NCBI GenBank assembly: GCA_964595645.1
Contig: CAZQQT010000004.1
Span: 32,001 to 96,000, forward strand
Direction: 5' to 3'
Source of the DNA: an uncultured Thermococci archaeon
GTDB taxonomy: Archaea > Methanobacteriota_B > Thermococci > Methanofastidiosales > B48-G16
DNA length: 64,000 nucleotides
Position 1 is the stretch's first letter. Each line of letters starts with the position of its first letter. The translations under genes were made by a program, and so were the position numbers. This document shows, piece after piece, positions 51,004 through 60,641 of this stretch. The notes under the pieces were generated by a model. That model was not told where the DNA came from. It ran no database searches and saw only the letters and a program-made list of their open reading frames with translations.

Positions 51004-51908
51004 TATCCCAGTTCTCCTGCTTTCCCTCGCATGAGGTTCCTGTACTTTTTATGAATCGTGATGATCTTCTTGTTGTCGTCGCTCACTAGGTGGAACTGTC
51101 CTTCTCCATTCCATCGTTGAATAAATGCTTGTTTATCCGGGGCCTCAATAAAGGAAGCCAGTGGCATTAGACTTCTTCCAGCATAGGCGTATGCTGCATG
51201 CGGAATTGCATACTCATTACCATTGAACACGATACTCACACCTCCCCCTTCTTTCACTGCTTTGAGCATCTTAAAGTCTGTGATACTGTCTCCGATGGCT
51301 ACTACATTCTCCATCTCACCGTTTTCCCGTGTTAAAATTGTGTGGATTGCTTCTGTCTTGTATTTCCCACCGACCACTGTAGTATCTTCTATTATCTTTT
51401 TAATTGCGGAATCGAGTGTCTCATAAAATTCGTTGAAGTATGCTTCTATCTCGCTCTCCTCGAGTGCGAGTATCTTCTCTTCTTCATCTCGAAGATCGAT
51501 ATCGTACTCGCGGTACTCGTCCAGCGGAAATTTCGTACAGTAAATGTTATCCTTGGAGATCCCCACTCTTTCTCCGATGGAGTAGGCGTGCTGTTCGTAG
51601 CTTGTGGAAACAATATAACATGGGTGTTTCTTTTTTAGTGTAGATATAATCTCCTTGGCACCTTTGTTGATTTTTGCCCTTGATGAAACTTTTTTGATAG
51701 CCTCCTCCGTGATCCCGTGTGATATCAAGAATGGGAGTATCAGTGCCAGCGTGTAGCCTGCCTCGTAGTCTTCTTTTTTCAGTGCCAATATATCGTCGTA
51801 TTTCGAGATCTTCGCGAATATCTCATGCCCCTGTGGAAGAAGCCCCATCACCTCATACGCATTGTCCTGAGGAGAGAGAGGTCCCTCAAGATCAAAACAG
51901 ATTATCAT
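51003..51908 (-). CDS. HAD-like protein (COG4030 / EhaR-like)
   Basis: FDLEGPLSPQDNA, STSY, GDSITD, FNGNEYA. Confidence 0.85.
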   Translation of the reverse strand: MIICFDLEGPLSPQDNAYEVMGLLPQGHEIFAKISKYDDILALKKEDYEAGYTLALILPFLISHGITEEAIKKVSSRAKINKGAKEIISTLKKKHPCYIVSTSYEQHAYSIGERVGISKDNIYCTKFPLDEYREYDIDLRDEEEKILALEESEIEAYFNEFYETLDSAIKKIIEDTTVVGGKYKTEAIHTILTRENGEMENVVAIGDSITDFKMLKAVKEGGGVSIVFNGNEYAIPHAAYAYAGRSLMPLASFIEAPDKQAFIQRWNGEGQFHLVSDDNKKIITIHKKYRNLMRGKAGELG

Positions 51909-51943
51909 GGGTAGTATAACGAAAGAGAAGAATAAAAGAGTTG

Positions 51944-53299
51944 TTATCCAACGATGAGAATCTCCGGTTTGAGGAGCAGAAGCAGTCCGAGCAGAAACAT
52001 CAGGACACCGCTCACAAGTTTCAATATCCGGCCCTGCCGCTCGCTGAGCTTCCGCCGCCCCATGGTGAACACGAATACCATCACGATAACAAAGAGTGGT
52101 ATCACATAGACGATGTTGTACGCTACTAAGTAAAGGTAGTACTGAAGGGACGGAAGGGCGTTGAGCGTGAGGATCCGAGTGTAGATCGCCGGGAACCCTG
52201 CAGAACAGAGGAGTTCGACGAGATTGGCGAAGAATGCCAGCGCAATGGTTCCAATAACGAGGGGAACTGTGTTCTCCTCCTGGACGATTTTCCTCATTCG
52301 CTTTATCAATCTGGGCTTTTTCGATTCCGGGATGGTAAGTGAGATTCCTTTCTTGAAAAAGAAGAAATCTTTCATATTAACGAGGCCTGCGGTAACTGCA
52401 ACGATGCCGATGAGGATTCTCAGAATATCCACGTAGCCTATCACCAGAAAAAAGTTCAACCAGGCGGTCATAAAAAGGAAGTACACAAATGCAGAGGTAG
52501 CGACGAAGATCACACCCACAATCAGCATTCGACGTCTATTTCGCACATAAATTAACAGGGTGAGCAGGAAGCAGAGTATCCAGATGGCACATGGGTTGAA
52601 CCCATCAAGACCACCGACAACGACGGTGAGAAGCGGTAAACTTATTGAGGATGGATCCACCTCTCCAAAAAATGGTACGGAGACGGTCTCCGTTTTTCCC
52701 TCCCTGCTTTCGATAACCGTGCCTTCGAGATCGATATCTACGTACACTTTTCTACTTTTTGCCGTCCATTTCACTGTGTAGATCTCCTCTCCTATATCCA
52801 CTTCATAACTCGCATTGGGGAACTCGTTCAGTAGCTCCTGTACGAGGGGATCCTTCTTTGATATTTCTACGGCCTCTTCTTTTGTCAGTTCTCCAATGCC
52901 CTTTACCTTGTCCATAGGATCGATACATCCATGCTGGAGACAGTGATCAAGCTTTTCCTTGATTTTTGGTCCGGTAAGTTCCACAGTTTCGAATCCGGCA
53001 ATGTAGTCATTTCCAACGAAGAGGATAGGGGTGATAAATGTTGCATTGTACGCATCGCAGAAATCTTTTAGAAGCTGATAGTTCTCGGCACTTTTACTTA
53101 CCTCATACATTGTTATCTTCATTCCCGGGTACTCATCCTGTATCTCGTTGAGATACTCCTTTTCATCCTCACAGTGGGGACACCCCTCGGACCAGAAGAT
53201 GTACACCATGAATTCATTCTCGGAGGGGGTATCACCGGTAACCATAATGATGGATGAAAATAACATACACAGGATAATACCAAATGCGATCTTTTTCAT
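51944..53299 (-). CDS. Exported glutaredoxin-like domain + CcdA/DsbD-like membrane domain (start corrected to 53299)
   Basis: Signal peptide, CPHC, DGFNPCA, ELLCSAGFP, multi-TM. Confidence 0.87.
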   Translation of the reverse strand: MKKIAFGIILCMLFSSIIMVTGDTPSENEFMVYIFWSEGCPHCEDEKEYLNEIQDEYPGMKITMYEVSKSAENYQLLKDFCDAYNATFITPILFVGNDYIAGFETVELTGPKIKEKLDHCLQHGCIDPMDKVKGIGELTKEEAVEISKKDPLVQELLNEFPNASYEVDIGEEIYTVKWTAKSRKVYVDIDLEGTVIESREGKTETVSVPFFGEVDPSSISLPLLTVVVGGLDGFNPCAIWILCFLLTLLIYVRNRRRMLIVGVIFVATSAFVYFLFMTAWLNFFLVIGYVDILRILIGIVAVTAGLVNMKDFFFFKKGISLTIPESKKPRLIKRMRKIVQEENTVPLVIGTIALAFFANLVELLCSAGFPAIYTRILTLNALPSLQYYLYLVAYNIVYVIPLFVIVMVFVFTMGRRKLSERQGRILKLVSGVLMFLLGLLLLLKPEILIVG

Positions 53300-53427
53300 G
53301 ATATCACCTTTCACTTTGCCTGGGCCAAAGTTTATAAAGGTTTGCAGGCCGTTTCGAGGAAAACCATAAAAGAAAGAAATGAGTAAGTATAGAACAACGT
53401 TGTCCCACACAGTAATGGTGATCATAG

Positions 53428-53916
53428 ATGAAACGGAGCAGAAAGGTTATTTTTGTGTCGCATTGTCTAATAAATGCAAATGCGAAGGCAGCAGGCACTT
53501 CGAATCATGAGGCGTACTATGAAGGCATCGTAGAGAACCTGCTCCATCACGAAATCGGGCTCATTCAGGCACCCTGTCCGGAACTCACCTACGGTACTGA
53601 TAGACCTCCAAAAAATAAAGAGTTTTACGATACTTCTGCATACAGAAAGCACTGCAGAGAGATCGTGGACGAACTCATTGAAACCTATAGGAAATACGCC
53701 GAAAATGACTACCACATACTGGGCTTTGTGGGGATAGAGGGATCGCCGACCTGTGGCGTCTCCAGGACGCATGTGACAGTAAAAAGAAAATCGGAAAAGG
53801 TAACGGGGAAGGGGGTATTCATCGAGGAGTTAGAAACACGATGCCGAGAAGAACGTATCGATCTCACAACAAGAGATCAGGACGATATGGATGAGCTTTT
53901 AGAGGTGTTCATATGA
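53428..53916 (+). CDS. DUF523/TudS-related (CD3072-like) Fe-S protein
   Basis: SHCLIN, PCPE, GSPTCG. Confidence 0.85.
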   Translation: MKRSRKVIFVSHCLINANAKAAGTSNHEAYYEGIVENLLHHEIGLIQAPCPELTYGTDRPPKNKEFYDTSAYRKHCREIVDELIETYRKYAENDYHILGFVGIEGSPTCGVSRTHVTVKRKSEKVTGKGVFIEELETRCREERIDLTTRDQDDMDELLEVFI

Positions 53917-54950
53917 AAACAGCGTTTATCTATACAGAAAATTTTATGAAGTACTACATGGGCGAACAGCACCCGCTGAAACCGATAAGGCTGAAAAAAA
54001 CCTATGAAATGATAAAAAAATATGATATTCTGGACTTTTATGTAGAGGGAAAGCCGGTGTCCGATGACGATCTTTATCTGGCACACTCGAAGGAGTACGT
54101 GGAGGCCGTGAAGAAAGAAAAAAATCTGGAAATGTATGGATTCGGAACACCAGATAATCCTCATTTCGAAAATGTGTATGAATCGTCGATTCACTATGTT
54201 GGCGCTTCTGCACAGTGCAGTGAGTACGATCACGCATTTAATATTTCGGGAGGATTGCATCATGCGAAATGGGATAAAGCCTCTGGATTCTGTGTGTTTA
54301 ACGATTGCGTGGTGGCAATAAAGAAACTTCTTGAATCTCATGAAAAAGTAGCGTATATTGATATAGATACCCACCATGGAGACGGGGTACAGGAGACATT
54401 TTATGATGATCCCAACGTCCTTTTTATCTCGCTTCACGAATCGGGGAAATTTATTTTTCCGGGAACCGGAAATCCAAGCGAAATTGGAGTGGAAGAGGGA
54501 AAAGGAACAACAGTAAACGTGCCACTAGCTCCCTATACCACGGATGAGATATACCTTTCTCTGTTTAAAAAAATCGTACCGCCAGTAATTGATCAGTTCG
54601 GTCCAGAGGCAATTGTCACACAACTCGGTGTGGACGCCCATTACGGTGACCCGCTCTCTCATATGGCTCTGTCACTGGAGGGCTATAGAGATATCTTTGA
54701 AGAGATGAAAAAACTCTCGGATAAGTGGATAGCACTGGGAGGTGGAGGGTACAATGTGGAAACAGTGCCTAAAGCATGGACGCTAGCCTACTCTGTGATG
54801 CGTGGTGTGGATATTGATTTTGCAGCATTTTTTGAAGAGGAAAAGAAAGAACTAGAGAAGTACAAAAAAATGGGAAAAAATGCAGAATACTTTGCAGATA
54901 AAACGTATAGGGACTTGAAAGGAGAGCTTTCAGCGTACTTTTCACTTTAA
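53913..54950 (+). CDS. acuC: AcuC / histone-deacetylase family protein
   Basis: HPLKP.R, GGLHHA, SGFC, DIDTHHGDG, GGGGY. Confidence 0.9.
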   Translation: MKTAFIYTENFMKYYMGEQHPLKPIRLKKTYEMIKKYDILDFYVEGKPVSDDDLYLAHSKEYVEAVKKEKNLEMYGFGTPDNPHFENVYESSIHYVGASAQCSEYDHAFNISGGLHHAKWDKASGFCVFNDCVVAIKKLLESHEKVAYIDIDTHHGDGVQETFYDDPNVLFISLHESGKFIFPGTGNPSEIGVEEGKGTTVNVPLAPYTTDEIYLSLFKKIVPPVIDQFGPEAIVTQLGVDAHYGDPLSHMALSLEGYRDIFEEMKKLSDKWIALGGGGYNVETVPKAWTLAYSVMRGVDIDFAAFFEEEKKELEKYKKMGKNAEYFADKTYRDLKGELSAYFSL

Positions 54951-55616
54951 TCTTTTCAATACTTTTCTAAATATTCCTTTTAATGTGTAGCATTCTCTCG
55001 AGGCGATAAAACTTCTCCCAATAATCCTTCGAAACACAACCTTGGCAATCCTATTTTTATGTTCCCGCTGTTCGACGGTGTCGACAATGGACCTGAAGTC
55101 CTCCAAAAGAAGATTTTTTTCCTTGCAACTCATTCTCGGCCGCATCGGTGTCTCGCCTCTTGTTTTGTAGATCTCATAAAAGAGAATGCCTGCAGCCATG
55201 GCAGCATTCATCACAGGATACTTCTCAGATGTAGGGATGGTAACCACCACATCACAGAGAAGAAGCTCTTCGTTGGTAAGTCCGTTGCTCTCTCTCCCAA
55301 TCACAATGCCTACATCCCCCCTCTTATGAATGTTTTTGACCAGCTCCTCAGGAGTGACCGTAATCTTGTACACGGTGCTGGAGATACTCGTTGTGCCAAC
55401 AGAAACATCCACCATATCCAATGCCTTTTCGAGATCATCGACAATGATTGCTGCATCGACAAGATCCTTCGCGTGCACGGCAAAGGTATATGTCTCTTCC
55501 GTAACCTCGCATGGATCAACCAATACGAGCTGTTCTATATCAAAATTTTTCATGAGTCGTGCGAGCGTGCCAATGTTACCTGGAGATTCTGGCTGGACAA
55601 AAACAGCGTAAAACAT
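54942..55616 (-). CDS. trmJ: SPOUT RNA methyltransferase, TrmJ type (start corrected to 55616)
   Basis: PESPGNIG..AR.MKNF, GRESNGL, YPVMN. Confidence 0.88.
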   Translation of the reverse strand: MFYAVFVQPESPGNIGTLARLMKNFDIEQLVLVDPCEVTEETYTFAVHAKDLVDAAIIVDDLEKALDMVDVSVGTTSISSTVYKITVTPEELVKNIHKRGDVGIVIGRESNGLTNEELLLCDVVVTIPTSEKYPVMNAAMAAGILFYEIYKTRGETPMRPRMSCKEKNLLLEDFRSIVDTVEQREHKNRIAKVVFRRIIGRSFIASRECYTLKGIFRKVLKRLK

Positions 55617-55650
55617 CAAAAAAAATAAAAACGTGGGGAATAAAAAGGTA

Positions 55651-56871
55651 ATGGTGAAAAATCTTATTGCAGGTATAGATCCTGGTACAACGGTCGGAAT
55701 AGCGATACTCGACCTAGAACGGTGTATTCTCGATATATCCAGCCATAAAAATTTCTCAGTGAACAATATCGTGGAACATCTTCTTAAATTTGGAATGCCT
55801 GTAATAATTGCCACCGATGTAAGTGATGTGCATCACACAGTGGAAAAGGTATCCAATTCTTTCCAATGTAGAACATTCACCCCTTCTGATTCTCTTTCTA
55901 TCAAAGAAAAAAATGTGCTCACAAAAAGTTACACAGTCCACAACGATCATGAAAGAGATGCCCTCGCTGCTGCGTTAAAGGCATACGATTACCACAAAAC
56001 AAAGTTTGAAAACATTGATGCGCGACTTGAAAGTTTGGAAGCAAAAAACTTAAGTAAAGATGTAAAAACACTTGTCCTGAAAGATTACACGGTAAAGGAA
56101 GCACTAAAGACTCTCACAAAAAAGGAAGAAGAACGAGAAGAGAAGGAACCGGAAGAGGAAGAGAAAAAAGAAAGGCCAGATCACCCTGAAAAAATAGTTC
56201 TTGAAAGACTAAAGGAGTACAATAGAGAACTTTCGGAGAAAATAGCAGAGCTACAAGAAAAAAATAAAAAATTGAAAATAAAAAACAAAAAAATTATCAA
56301 TGATATCGACAAAGAAGCGAGACAATCCAAAATAGTACGAGAGAAAAAGCGCGCTATAAAGGGCTTAAGAAAAGAATTAAATTCTAAAAAGGAAAAAATA
56401 TCTGAATTGGAACAAGTGATAAAAGGATTGAAGGGTATGAGAACTCTAGAACTCTCAGATGAAGCCTATACAGTAAAAGTACTGGACTACTTCACCAAAG
56501 ATAGAATAAAAGATCTGGACAACACATTCAAGGTGAAGAAGGGAGACATTATTTACATCAAGGACCCCAGTGGAGGCGGCGGAAGTACCGCTGAACTACT
56601 GGTGGACAAACAAGTGAAAGCGCTGATAGTGGAAAATCTCGGAAGAATGTCGCACACCGCAAAAAAAGTGTTTAAGAACGAGGAGATCCCTCTCCTTGAG
56701 ATGAATATAGAAATGGTAGAAAATTTTGGGGTCGTGGACAAAAAACAATTTGAAAAGAAATATAATGAGTATATAACCGAAAAAACAGCAAAAACTACAG
56801 AAGAAGAGAAAAAGTGGCTTGATAGTCTTTTAAAGGATTATAAAAAAGAAAGAAAAGAGAAATTAAAGTAG
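55651..56871 (+). CDS. DUF460 family protein with coiled coil
   Basis: GIDPGTTVG, IATDV, HERDALAAA. Confidence 0.88.
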   Translation: MVKNLIAGIDPGTTVGIAILDLERCILDISSHKNFSVNNIVEHLLKFGMPVIIATDVSDVHHTVEKVSNSFQCRTFTPSDSLSIKEKNVLTKSYTVHNDHERDALAAALKAYDYHKTKFENIDARLESLEAKNLSKDVKTLVLKDYTVKEALKTLTKKEEEREEKEPEEEEKKERPDHPEKIVLERLKEYNRELSEKIAELQEKNKKLKIKNKKIINDIDKEARQSKIVREKKRAIKGLRKELNSKKEKISELEQVIKGLKGMRTLELSDEAYTVKVLDYFTKDRIKDLDNTFKVKKGDIIYIKDPSGGGGSTAELLVDKQVKALIVENLGRMSHTAKKVFKNEEIPLLEMNIEMVENFGVVDKKQFEKKYNEYITEKTAKTTEEEKKWLDSLLKDYKKERKEKLK

Positions 56872-58104
56872 TTACTTGAACGCCATTATCTCCATTTTAG
56901 GAGGCTTCTTTGCGATATCGCCAACTTTCACACCGATGATCCTCTTCACATTCTTTTTCGATGCCATATCCACAAGCCGCTGGGTAATCACTCCATCAAA
57001 GATGATTGTATGGGCGTCTTCACTCTCTTTCAAAGTATCTATGAGTTCCTTCACAGATATCTTGGCAATCTCATTACTATCTTCGTCCAGAAGGTAGGCG
57101 TCAAGCGTGCCTGGGAGTTTTTTAATGTAGTCATCGTACTTATTCAGCGTGGATTTCTCTTCTTTCGGTTCTTTGCCCTTTTCTTTACCTTTTCCTTTTT
57201 CCTCATCTGCCATTTCATTTAACGCCTGTTCCAGTGGCACTTTGTTCCGCAGAGCTGTAATTACTTCTTTCTTAGAGAGTTCTTCTACTTCTTTTCCAGG
57301 CAGTGCCTGTGTCACGTAATCAATATCTGCAACATCGACCAGTTCCTGAAGAATGAGTTCTCCTCCTCTATCGCCATCAACAAATGCGGTAACAGTTTTT
57401 TTTCTGCTCAAATCAATGATAGTCTGAGGTGTTGATGTTCCTTCTACAGCAATGGAATTTTTAATTCCGTGCCGCAACAGTGTAAGGACATCTGCTCTAC
57501 CTTCAACGACAATTACCGCATCGGATCCGCTGACATTGGGTCCAGCGGGGAGGTTGTCTTTTCCATACTTCGTGATCTGCTGAACTCTTACAGATTTTTT
57601 TACCTGTTCGGTGATTTCAGCGGTCTCGGGGACCTGTTCGTCCATTATCTGTTGGAGGATCTCTTTTGCCCTATCCACCACATATGTCCTCTTGGTGGTT
57701 CTGACATCCTCGATCTTTAAGATCTTTATTGTAGCTTCGCAGGGACCAATTCTATCTATCGTTTCAAGGGATGCACCAAGAATTGATGTTTCCACCATAT
57801 CAAGACTTGAGGGGATTGTGATCGTCCCTCTGGTCTTTCCCTTATCATGATTGACAGATACCTTTATCCTGCCTATTCTGCCAGTTTTTTGAAGTTCCCG
57901 TAGATCCAGCTCTTCTCCAAGGAGACCTTCAGTTTGTCCAAAAACTGCTCCCACAACATCAGGCCTCTCCACCCTTCCATTAACCGACATCTCAGTGTGA
58001 ATTACGTATTTGGTGGTGCCTATTTCGTTTTTGAGTGTGACTCCTGTCTTTTTCTTTGTTATCATCTCTTTGACCAAATTTTTTTTAGTCTTCATTATCA
58101 TCAC
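56872..58104 (-). CDS. dnaG: Archaeal DnaG (TOPRIM, exosome-associated)
   Basis: PDVVGAVFGQTEGLLG, VVEGRADV, DGDRGG, DGVITQRL. Confidence 0.97.
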   Translation of the reverse strand: MMIMKTKKNLVKEMITKKKTGVTLKNEIGTTKYVIHTEMSVNGRVERPDVVGAVFGQTEGLLGEELDLRELQKTGRIGRIKVSVNHDKGKTRGTITIPSSLDMVETSILGASLETIDRIGPCEATIKILKIEDVRTTKRTYVVDRAKEILQQIMDEQVPETAEITEQVKKSVRVQQITKYGKDNLPAGPNVSGSDAVIVVEGRADVLTLLRHGIKNSIAVEGTSTPQTIIDLSRKKTVTAFVDGDRGGELILQELVDVADIDYVTQALPGKEVEELSKKEVITALRNKVPLEQALNEMADEEKGKGKEKGKEPKEEKSTLNKYDDYIKKLPGTLDAYLLDEDSNEIAKISVKELIDTLKESEDAHTIIFDGVITQRLVDMASKKNVKRIIGVKVGDIAKKPPKMEIMAFK

Positions 58105-58295
58105 CCTTCGTTATTTTATGAATATGATCTTAACTAACATCAGAGATATACTCTCGTCTTTTAATTTTCACTGTCAGCTTTTATAAACTTTGTTGTACAG
58201 ATGATTCTATTATAGAAATGTATGTTACACAACTACATAGAGAAATATTCAACAAAAAGGCTCTATTTTACGAATCTTTTCTATGAACAAAAGTG

Positions 58296-58640
58296 TTACC
58301 TGCTACCAAGATCAGCAACTTTGTTGACAAACTTGTTTATTTTAAATGGTTTAATTAAGAAAGGAATATTTATGTCTCTTTTTTTCTCTATTTCACTTGC
58401 TATGCAGAGGATTTTCGTCTTCGAACTCGCAGCCTTTGTAATATCCACAATGTCACCATTCGGTTTTTTGCAATCTAAAACGATGAGATCATACGCAATA
58501 TCCTTCATGCGTTTCAGCGAATCCGAGACATTTGTTGTCTGCTCTATATGTGAAATTCCGCATTTCCACAAGATCTCTTGGTAGAGGTCCTGGAGATCTG
58601 CATCGCTACAGATCACCAAGACTTGGGTATCTGAATTCAT
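58296..58640 (-). CDS. Atypical receiver-domain protein (start corrected to 58640)
   Basis: VLVICSD, DLIVLD, LIKPF. Confidence 0.7.
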   Translation of the reverse strand: MNSDTQVLVICSDADLQDLYQEILWKCGISHIEQTTNVSDSLKRMKDIAYDLIVLDCKKPNGDIVDITKAASSKTKILCIASEIEKKRDINIPFLIKPFKINKFVNKVADLGSR

Positions 58641-58644
58641 TTTT

Positions 58645-59472
58645 TTATTCCTCGTTTTCCTCTTCGTCGCCTTCGTTGCCTTTTCCTGGGTTATCTTCAT
58701 CCTTTCCTTTGCCTTTTCCTGGGTTATCTTCATCCTTTCCTTTGCCTTTTCCTGGGTTATCTTCATCCTTTCCTTTGCCTTTTCCATTTTCTTTATCTAC
58801 ACCTTTATTTTTCTCTTCTTTTTTCTCTGCTCTCTCTCGTTCTCTTTCCTCTTTCCTTGCCTGCAACTCCTCTATTCTTTCCTCTTTCCTTTCATTCCTT
58901 TCTTTTACCTTGTCAAGATATCTCCCTGTTGCACTCATCCTTGCATCTATGGACGTCAGGAGCCCAAAAGCTCTTCCTACTTTTCCATCCTCCAGGGCAT
59001 CCAGTACCATGCCAAAGGTTGAGATGATATTGCTCAGGTGTGTACTCGAAGAGGTTGGGAGTGTCCCATTGGTATCTTGGATGTAGTACATCGTGCCATT
59101 TACATCTCCAAAGTAATACCCATCGTCAGACTCACCAAAATAAAACTCATAGTCACCTATAGTATAGGACGTGGCATTGGTGGCATTCGTATCTGTTGAG
59201 TTAGTATCGCTGTATAGCACGAATACTTCTTCCAATGATTCATATGTGCCCTCTGTCTGCTCATATAATTTCTCTTCAATGGTAGAGTTTGTGTCTGTTC
59301 CGTTCGTATCGGTTCCGTTGGTATCCTCGCTTCCCGTGAACATCGCCACTTCTTCAAAGGCTTTCTCCTTTATCTGCCCCATTACACCTGTGGCCGAAGA
59401 CCCACCGGGGATAGTAAGTCCTACTATCACCGCTACTGCCAGTGCGAAGAACATAAATTTTTTATTTTTCAT
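58645..59472 (-). CDS. Secreted low-complexity protein with DTNxT sequon repeats and GKGKGKDEDNP tail
   Basis: Signal peptide; repeated N-x-T/S sequons; charged C-terminus. Confidence 0.8.
   Translation of the reverse strand: MKNKKFMFFALAVAVIVGLTIPGGSSATGVMGQIKEKAFEEVAMFTGSEDTNGTDTNGTDTNSTIEEKLYEQTEGTYESLEEVFVLYSDTNSTDTNATNATSYTIGDYEFYFGESDDGYYFGDVNGTMYYIQDTNGTLPTSSSTHLSNIISTFGMVLDALEDGKVGRAFGLLTSIDARMSATGRYLDKVKERNERKEERIEELQARKEERERERAEKKEEKNKGVDKENGKGKGKDEDNPGKGKGKDEDNPGKGKGKDEDNPGKGNEGDEEENEE
58676..58785. repeat. 33-bp perfect tandem repeat, 3 copies plus 11 bp, in frame
   Basis: Unit TTGCCTTTTCCTGGGTTATCTTCATCCTTTCCT at 58676, 58709, 58742. Confidence 0.95.
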
Positions 59473-59600
59473 ACATTTTACTCTCGTTTTGAACTATTTA
59501 AAGCTTTCTTTCACCTTTATTTTTCATTTAAGTCCAAAATAATACTTCAGAGTTTTTAATTGTTTATAATAGTTCATCTCTGTTTTTGAGAACAGAAAAT

Positions 59601-60557
59601 TTATTCAAATCCGATCAACACTATTATATTTTCTCTCCCCATCTTTTCCTTTCTTATCAATCCTTTTTCTTCCATATCACTTAACAATTGACTTATTTTT
59701 GATTTGGAAAATCCAGTTTCCTTCACAATATCATTCTGAAGATATTTACCGTCATTTTTTTCTAAGATATCGATAATAAAATCCTCATCTGACATGAAAT
59801 CAGCTTTATATTCTTTTTTTCTCGTTTTGATAACGAAAAAAGCAACGATCGCTACAACTATGAGGATTGCAGGAATCAAAAAGTATTTTCTACCCCATGT
59901 GTCCACACTTCCATTTGTATCTTTATCGGCATGTTCTGTGTCTCCTGTCTCAAACCGTTCTAATGTGAGAGAGGGTTCTTTTTCGCCGAAACTTTTGGGG
60001 CCGTACCAGATCAATGCAGAAGATCGTGTTTCATCGGGGGGAGGATATGCTGATGTATAGATAAAGTTCCTTGGAATACGCAGTATCATCGTCTCACCTT
60101 TACTCAAGTAGTAGCCTCCCACAAATGTATCTCCTATTCGGAGGGTGTCGCCTTCCTTTTTCGCAAATCCTTCCCACAAAAACTGGAACTTCACCGCCCC
60201 ATAGTCACCGTTTATCGTTTCAATGATCCCGTAATTAAGATCCAGATTCTTTATGGCCATACTTCTCGTGGTGGTAAGCGCCACCTTGTTAATGATGTCA
60301 CCTATCTCTGCTTTTTTCTCCTCGATCATGACGCCTTTTTCTTCTTCCAGAGCTTCGATATAATCTTTAAAAAACGTTTTATCTTCTTCAGTTTTCAGCT
60401 TGAATCGTGTCTCCAACTCCTAGAAAGCACTGCCATCCTCATAAATGGTAATACGTGTTGTATCTTCTCCCTCTGACCTCTCATCTTCTTCCTGAGAAGC
60501 TATCAATGGGACTAAAAATACCACGATAATAACTATGATAGCGATCTTTTTTTTCAT
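59601..60557 (-). pseudogene. Membrane-anchored HTH regulator (COG2512-like) interrupted by an in-frame TAG at codon 46
   Basis: MKKKIAIIVIIVVFLVPLIAS...YEDGSAF*ELETRF; TM helix, then QNDIVKETGFSKSKISQLLSDME...GREN HTH. Confidence 0.75.
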
Positions 60558-60641
60558 TGTCCCTTCCTCACTCTTTTGCTTTATAAATTTTTGTAGACAA
60601 CTTAGAAGTTAAAAAAGAGAAAGAAAAGGTAATTTTCTTTG

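Noticed and set aside
58676-58785. 33-bp repeats as a CRISPR array
   Set aside because: Contiguous with no spacers, in frame within a CDS, no cas genes
60420-60422. Genome-wide TAG reassignment
   Set aside because: TAG is the ordinary stop of citDE, iscS, the pilin and others; only one internal case seen
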